DNA from: an uncultured Pseudomonadota bacterium
Lineage (GTDB): Bacteria; Pseudomonadota; Gammaproteobacteria; Steroidobacterales; Steroidobacteraceae
NCBI GenBank assembly: GCA_963743625.1
Contig: CAVUQM010000018.1
Location: 856-64,855, forward strand
Reading direction: 5' to 3'
Length of the DNA: 64,000 nt
Shown piece after piece: positions 58,139-64,000 of the stretch (positions within the stretch are counted from its first letter, which is position 1; every line of letters starts with the position of its first letter). The translations under genes and the position numbers were made by a program. Below the pieces are notes generated by a model. The model was not told the origin of the DNA, made no database searches, and saw only the letters and a program-made list of their open reading frames with translations.

Positions 58139-60858
58139 GGCGTGCTCCGGAGTCGGGTGACGGCCGTGTTGCTTTGGGCTGGCGCGGAGTCCGGCGGGGA
58201 GTCGTGGTGCCCCAGCTCCTGGCCGTAGCGCGGCATCAGGAGCTTGGCGATCAATCCGGTCCAGCCGGTCTGATGGGAGGCACCGACGCCGCGACCGTTG
58301 TCGCCGTGAAAGTACTCGTAGAAAAGAATGTAATCGCGGAACTGCGGATCGTTCTGCAGCAGCGGTGCGCTGCCGAACACCGGTCGCCGGCCATCGGCGT
58401 CGCGCAGGAACAGGGTCGCGAGCCGCATTGCCAGCTCGTTGGCGATTTCATTGAGCGTCAAAAAGCGGCCCGAGCCCGTGGGACATTCGACCTTGAAGTC
58501 ATCGCCATAGTAGTGGTGGAATTTCTGCAGCGACTCGATGATGAGAAAATTCACCGGAAACCAAATGGGTCCGCGCCAGTTTGAATTACCGCCAAATAGG
58601 CCGGAGTCCGACTCGCCCGGCTGGTAACGTACAGAGAGGTCCATGCCGTTTACCGGGAAGTGGTACGGCTGCTGCGCATGCATGCGCGAGATGGCGCGCA
58701 CTCCGTGGGGCGAGAGAAACTCGTTCACATCGAGCATGCGCCCCAGCAGCCCTTTCATCCTGTGACCGCGCAGCAGCGACAGTAGCCGCCGATGCCCACG
58801 GCCCTCTTCATTCCAGTGTGAGACGAGTGAGGCGAGGTCGGGTCGGTAGCGCAGAAACCACTCGAGGCGTTCCTTGAAGGCGGGCAGACGCTCGAGCAGC
58901 TCTGGCTCGAGTGTCTCGACTGCGAACAGCGGGATTAGGCCCACCATCGAGCGCACCTTGAGGGGAGTCATCCGCCCGTCCGGCAAGTGCAGCACGTCGT
59001 AGAAGAACTTATCCTCCTCGTGCCACAGTCCCATGCCCGCTTGGCCGCCGATGCTCGTCATGGCCTCGGCGATGATGCAAGAAGTGTTCAAAGAACTTAG
59101 TGGCGATGTCCTCGTAGACGTGGTTATGCTGGGCTAGCTCAAGCGCGATGCGCAGGAGATTGAGCGCATACATCGCCATCCAGCTCGTGCCGTCGGCCTG
59201 GTCAATGTGTCCGCCGGTGGGCAGCTGTGCGCTGCGGTCGAAGACACCGATATTGTCGAGCCCGAGGAAACCGCCCTGAAATACATTGCGCCCCTCGGCG
59301 TCCTTGCGGTTCACCCACCAGGTGAAGTTCAGCATTAGCTTGTGAAAGATGCGCTCAAGAAAGGCGAGATCCCCCACGTCGCCGCGCTGCTTGCGGTCAA
59401 TCTGGAAAACGCGCCAGGTCGCCCAGGCATGTACCGGCGGGATTGACGTCTCCCAGAGCCCATTCGTACGCCGGGAGCTGGCCGTTCGGATGCATGTACC
59501 ACTCACGTGTGAGCAGCAGCAGTTGCTCCTTGGCAAAGGCGGCATCCAGATGCGCTAGCGGCAGACAATGAAAGGCGAGATCCCAGGCCGCATACCAGGG
59601 GTACTCCCATTTGTCGGGCATGGAGATGATGTCGGCGTTATTGAGGTGCGTCCATTCGTGGTTGCGGCCCGACTTGCGCGCGTCTGGCGGGGGCGGCTGC
59701 GTAGGATCGCCGTGCAGCCACCGTGGCACGTCGTAGTAGTAGAACTGCTTGCTCCAGATCATGCCAGCGCACGCCTGCCGTTGGACGTTGCGCGCGTCCG
59801 CACTGTCTATGCCGGCCTGCAGGTCGCCGTAAAACTCATCGGCCTCTGCCTGGCGCAGCGTGAACACGTCGCTGAAATCCTCGAAGCGCGGCTCGGCGTG
59901 CCGGCAAAGGCGCAGCCGAACCTCGGTGGCGGCCTTGGCTGCCACCTCAGACCGACACCAGAATGCGGCCTTGGTGCCCCGAGCGTCCGGGTTGACGGCC
60001 GAGGACCGCTCGTTCACGACGCGCTCGTGGAAGGCGTCCTTCCAGTAGCCCGAGCGCGAACTGTCATTCCATAGGCGCTGCGGGTTTGACTCGTTGTCGC
60101 AGAAAAGCGAGCGCCGCGTCCGGCGTGTCGCAATGCAGGTAGAACTGACCGAGCCCCGCATGTTCGGCCGCTATCATGTGTATCGCTGCTGCGTCGCAGG
60201 AGAGGCTTGGGTCTGCCGGGCTGCCAACTCCATGTATTGCGAAACCACAGCTGCGGCAGAATATGCAGCGCGGCGGTGGTGGCGCTGCGATTGTGGGCCG
60301 TGATGCGGATGAGGACGTCGTCGGGCTCGGCCTGCGCATACTCCACGAAAACATCGAAGTAGCGGTTGTCGTCGAACACGCCGGTGTCGATGAGTTCGAA
60401 CTCGGGTTCGCCGCTGCCGCGCCGGCGGTTCTCCTCCACCAGCTGCGCGTAGGGAAAGCTCGCTGCGGGTACTTATAGAGCATCTTGAGGTAGGAGTGAG
60501 ACGGCGTGGCATCGACGTAGTAATAGAGCTCCTTGACGTCCTCGCCGTGGTTGCCTTCGCCGTTAGTCAGGCCAAAGAGGCGCTCCTTGAGGATAGGATC
60601 GTGCGTGTTCCAGAGAGCGACGGCGAAACACAGTCGCTGCTGAACATCCGACAGGCCCGCCAGTCCGTCTTCCCCCCATCGATAGGCGCGGCTGCGTGCG
60701 TGCTCGTGCGGCAGGTAATCCCATGCAGTGCCATGGGAGCTGTAGTCCTCACGCACGGTTCCCCATTGCCGCTCGGAGAGATAGGGTCCCCACCGTTTCC
60801 ATCCGTGGCCGGCCGGGAAAGGTGTACTCAGTCGGCGGTGCTCTGCAGTCGGCTTCAC
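58135..60858 (-). CDS. GH63-like (MGH1/glucosidase) (alpha/alpha)6 hydrolase, split into at least five ORF pieces
   Basis: Co-linear pieces 60064..60858 ([21 protein letters not shown]..), 60014..60439, 59397..60161, 59009..59545 and 58135..59091 (..[24 protein letters not shown]). One junction (..[19 protein letters not shown]..) is repaired if GGG at 60452-60454 is really GGGG. Confidence 0.75.
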
Positions 60859-62951
60859 GGCGCGCTCCCCGCATGCGAAATGCGCTCGTGCGTAGTCTGG
60901 CGCGCGCGACTTAGGATGTGCCAGGCGCGCAGTGTCTCTCCGACACTCCAGGCCTGCGCGAAGCAGCCGCGCGGCACGTGGGGCGCATTACCGTCGAAGA
61001 TCTCGCTAATGGTGCCAAGACACGCCTCATCGAGGTGCGCCGCCAGACCTGCCAGCAGGTTGAGCACGTAGTCGGCATCCCCGTACGTGCGGTAATGGGC
61101 GAGCGCAAACGGCCCTGCGAGCCAGCTCCATACCGTGCCCTGATGATAGGCGCCGTCGCGCTCGCGCGGGTCGCCGCCATACTGGCCGGCATAGCCGGGT
61201 GTACCAGGCGCAAGACTGCGCAGGCCGACGGGCGTGAGCAATACGCGCGCGCACACATCCACCACGGCGCGGGCGCGACGCTCATCAAGGAGCTGTGTAC
61301 CCAGAGAAATTGCGAAGAGCTGGTTCGGCCGCAGGCTCGGATCGCTGTGAGTGCCCTCGGAACGCACCGCGCACTCGCTCTCTACCACATCGTAGAGGTA
61401 GCCTCCTTCCTCATACCAGAAAGCTGGCACGAAGGCGGCTGCGACCCGTGCGGCGCTGCGCGCGTAGGCGGCACTGGCGCGCGTGTCGCCCATTTCGGAC
61501 GCCCAGTGCGCCATATGGGTGAGGGCGAAATGCCACAGCGCGTTGATCTCGACCGGCTTGCCGGTGCGCGGCGTGACCACCCAGTCGCCGACTTTCGCGT
61601 CCATCCAGGTAAGCTGGATCCCGGGCTCACCGACGTGCAGCAGGCCGTCCGCGGCATCGCAATGGATGCCGTAGCGGGTGCCCCGCTGGTGCCAGTCAAT
61701 GATTCCCCTGAGACTCGGATAGAGCTCTACCAGCAGGGCCCGGTCGTCCGTGACCTGAAGATAAGCCTCGAGCGCGTGAAACAGCCACAGCGTGGCATCG
61801 GCAGTGTTGTATTCGGGTGCAGCGCCATCGTCGGGAAAGCGGTTGGGCACCATGCCCTGACTCACGTGGGCGACAAACGTACGCAGGACCGAGGCGGCGA
61901 TGCTGCCCTGGTCGTTGTAGAGCGTGAGGCCCGGCAGCGCGATCATCGTGTCACGCCCCCAGTCGGTAAACCACGGGTAGCCCGCGATGACGGTTACGCC
62001 AGCTGCGCCGACCGGCGTGTCTGCCTGGGGTCTCTCGCTCGCGGTAGGCGCCTGTGGTGTGGGATCGTTGCGCCTGACGATGAAAGCGTCGGCCGCGAGT
62101 GTAAGACGCCGGACCCATGAGGGAGCGGTGACAGCGGCGCTGCTTAGTAGGCGGTCGCGACGCTCGAGCTCTTCGCGCAACGACAGCCGGGTGTCGTGCG
62201 GTTCCGCGCTCGCTACCAGTGTTACCGTCTCGCCGGGGGCGAGCCGCGCGGTCAGGATGCCGGGACGAAAGAGATCCTCGACGTCGTCGAGACCGCGCTG
62301 CTGCTCGACCCGGTGCAGGAAGTTCCAGTACCAGTCACCCGTGCCGACAAACTGCCCGCGATCAAGAACGATGCGATACGGCCGTGCTCCGGGAAAAGCC
62401 GTAACGGTACAGCCGGCCGGCAGAGCGCTGACATTGAGTGACCAGCCGCCCCGAGTGTGCGCGTGATAGTCGCGATAAGTGCATAGCGGAGTCAGCTCGA
62501 GCTCAACGGCTGCCGGTGCATGTCGCAGCGTGAAGGCTAGACAGGTGGTGTTATACCCGTGCGGCATCCAAATGCGCTGTTCCAGCACAGCGCCGGCCAG
62601 CGCGTAACACCACACCGGCAGGCCCGAGACGAGCCTAAAGTCGCAGCACAGCTCAAAGCCGCGTGGCGAGAGGGTGCCATCCGCGAATTCGTTGCAGCCG
62701 AGCGCGAATGACTGCCGACCGCAGTGTGCGGTAACGTCCACCTTCGCGAGCATCACCGTGCGCTCGACGGGCGGCCGCAGAGCAGCCACCAGCAGACCGT
62801 GATAGCGGCGGGTGTTGGCAAGCGCGACTGTCCCGCACGCAAAGCCCCCCAGGCCGTTGGTCACGAGCCATTCGCGCCGCAGGGCGGACGGGAGCTGCGC
62901 GAAGTCCTCGCGCGCGAGCGTAGAGGATACCGTGCCTGCCGCCTCATTCAT
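60855..62951 (-). CDS. Glycogen debranching enzyme / amylo-alpha-1,6-glucosidase family (GDE_N + GDE_C)
   Basis: [32 protein letters not shown].. is the N-terminal signature. ..[19 protein letters not shown].. and ..[11 protein letters not shown].. are catalytic-domain blocks. The 2.1-kb ORF is intact. Confidence 0.85.
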   Translation of the reverse strand: MNEAAGTVSSTLAREDFAQLPSALRREWLVTNGLGGFACGTVALANTRRYHGLLVAALRPPVERTVMLAKVDVTAHCGRQSFALGCNEFADGTLSPRGFELCCDFRLVSGLPVWCYALAGAVLEQRIWMPHGYNTTCLAFTLRHAPAAVELELTPLCTYRDYHAHTRGGWSLNVSALPAGCTVTAFPGARPYRIVLDRGQFVGTGDWYWNFLHRVEQQRGLDDVEDLFRPGILTARLAPGETVTLVASAEPHDTRLSLREELERRDRLLSSAAVTAPSWVRRLTLAADAFIVRRNDPTPQAPTASERPQADTPVGAAGVTVIAGYPWFTDWGRDTMIALPGLTLYNDQGSIAASVLRTFVAHVSQGMVPNRFPDDGAAPEYNTADATLWLFHALEAYLQVTDDRALLVELYPSLRGIIDWHQRGTRYGIHCDAADGLLHVGEPGIQLTWMDAKVGDWVVTPRTGKPVEINALWHFALTHMAHWASEMGDTRASAAYARSAARVAAAFVPAFWYEEGGYLYDVVESECAVRSEGTHSDPSLRPNQLFAISLGTQLLDERRARAVVDVCARVLLTPVGLRSLAPGTPGYAGQYGGDPRERDGAYHQGTVWSWLAGPFALAHYRTYGDADYVLNLLAGLAAHLDEACLGTISEIFDGNAPHVPRGCFAQAWSVGETLRAWHILSRARQTTHERISHAGSAP

Positions 62952-62954
62952 GGC

Positions 62955-63434
62955 TTACTGCGCGAGCGCGGCGGTTGAGGGTCGGCAGCGTGCGGCCGAG
63001 CGACGCTCGAGCCAGCTATCCGCCGCCATGCGCCCTGGACCGAACACTGCCACGATGAGGAGCATGAATCCCCATAGCTCGCAGCGCAGCAATTGGGCCG
63101 GATCTGCGCCGCTGAGACCGGAGTTTACGGACAGGAACAGCGCCGCGTTGAGGCTCAGCGCACCCAAAGCGCCTATACGGGTGAAAAGCCCGAGGAAAAG
63201 CAGCGTGGCGAAGATCAGCGCCGCATACGCGCCCGTGAGCGAGGTGAGAGCGGGCAGGAGCATTTGATGCACCGCACCCTCGTTGCGGCCGGGCGCCGTC
63301 AAGAGCACCGTGCCTGCCTGCCAAAGGGCCCAGCCGCTCGCCAGACGAGCGCAAAGTAGCGTCAAAGAGCGAAAGTGATCGAGAAGTCGCCCGAGCCCGG
63401 TATGGGCGTCGCTCAGCGCAAGCAGGAATTTCAT
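62955..63434 (-). CDS. DoxX-family membrane protein
   Basis: Four TM segments. ..LLCARLASGWALWQAG.. and ..LFLGLFTRIGALGALSL.. follow the DoxX pattern. The stop lies 3 nt upstream of the GDE start. Confidence 0.65.
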   Translation of the reverse strand: MKFLLALSDAHTGLGRLLDHFRSLTLLCARLASGWALWQAGTVLLTAPGRNEGAVHQMLLPALTSLTGAYAALIFATLLFLGLFTRIGALGALSLNAALFLSVNSGLSGADPAQLLRCELWGFMLLIVAVFGPGRMAADSWLERRSAARCRPSTAALAQ

Positions 63435-63567
63435 GGCAGCACCCCCGGGCGTTTACACAGCAAGATGACCGTCGAAGTGGGCCCGCCATTACACAATCCG
63501 TTCCCTTGCAAGACACATTTACCGTGCGGGCATGCGCGATAGGCCCTGAAGGGCCGCTCCTGGATGG

Positions 63568-64000
63568 TTACTGGGCACCGGGTCGGCGGCTCTCGGGCGT
63601 TGGAATCTCACGCGCAATCCAGCGCTCCAGCCAGTGGTCCACCGACAGGGAACCGGCACCGGCAATCGCAAGCCACAAGAACAGCGCCAGGTACTCGAAC
63701 TCATCGAATCCAAGCAGGGTCTCGAGCGAGTCGACGTCTGCCCACTTCGCTGACTTAATGGCGACGATCATCGTGATACCGAGCGCTCCCGCCGAAATGC
63801 GGGTGAGGAGCCCGAGCAACAGGAACAGGCCCCCGAAGAATTCGACGCCCGACACGAACGGGGCCAGCACCTGAGGGAGCGGGATGTTCCAGCCGACAAA
63901 GTTGCTGGTGACCACAGGCAGGTTGTGCAGCTTGCCCCAGCCACTGAGCAGGAACACCCAGCCAACGGTGATGCGGGCGAATAGCGGTGCCAGCCAGCTG
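63568..64000 (-). CDS. DoxX-family membrane protein, N-terminus beyond window end
   Basis: ..FLLSGWGKLHN..FFGGLFLLLGLLTRISAGALGITMIVA.. The open frame continues to position 64000 (..WLAPLFARITVGWVFLL). Confidence 0.7.
   Translation of the reverse strand, partial: SWLAPLFARITVGWVFLLSGWGKLHNLPVVTSNFVGWNIPLPQVLAPFVSGVEFFGGLFLLLGLLTRISAGALGITMIVAIKSAKWADVDSLETLLGFDEFEYLALFLWLAIAGAGSLSVDHWLERWIAREIPTPESRRPGAQ

Noticed and set aside
60918-62120. 400-aa + strand ORF opposite the glycogen debranching enzyme gene
   Set aside because: Shadow ORF with low-complexity Arg/Ala/Gly content. The minus strand is an intact GDE.

Overview
This is a 64-kb high-GC bacterial chromosomal window. Sampled 60-nt lines reach about 70% GC (e.g. 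at 15361), while an islet at roughly 30.9-34.7 kb drops to about 40-47% (lines at 31201, 33901, 34441). The gene content includes secreted GH39, GH144-like and GH63-like hydrolases, a beta-propeller/lectin protein, TolB-like/TPR membrane proteins and many lipoproteins. This suggests a soil Acidobacteria-like organism, but that is inference only.

I can support about 50 protein genes and found no rRNA, tRNA or CRISPR. Main points:
1. A minus-strand cassette of XRE-HTH, a small nucleotidyltransferase and a membrane-embedded patatin phospholipase (14.4-19.1 kb).
2. An AT-rich islet carrying a PD-(D/E)xK + DUF2075 P-loop ATPase and a membrane-anchored DUF2726 nuclease-fold protein. It is flanked by HigBA, a TIR-TM-TolB-like-TPR gene, an IS481-family element and VapBC.
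3. A second TIR-TM-TPR gene at 7.9-9.95 kb.
4. A Phd-Doc module.
5. A ~22-nt palindromic REP-like element (CCAACGGAT-n-GCAATCCGTTGG) in at least 11 intergenic copies.
6. A tightly packed 9-gene minus-strand operon: two DoxX genes, glycogen debranching enzyme, GH63-like hydrolase, SDR, MIP channel, GMC oxidoreductase, VOC protein and NDH-2.
7. An MddA-like membrane methyltransferase next to a LuxR-type STAND regulator.

Caveat: roughly 35 apparent frameshifts split many genes. At the five junctions I resolved by hand, the defect is a homopolymer one base too short. Most are therefore probably assembly indels rather than true pseudogenes. All family assignments were made by eye from motifs; no searches were run.
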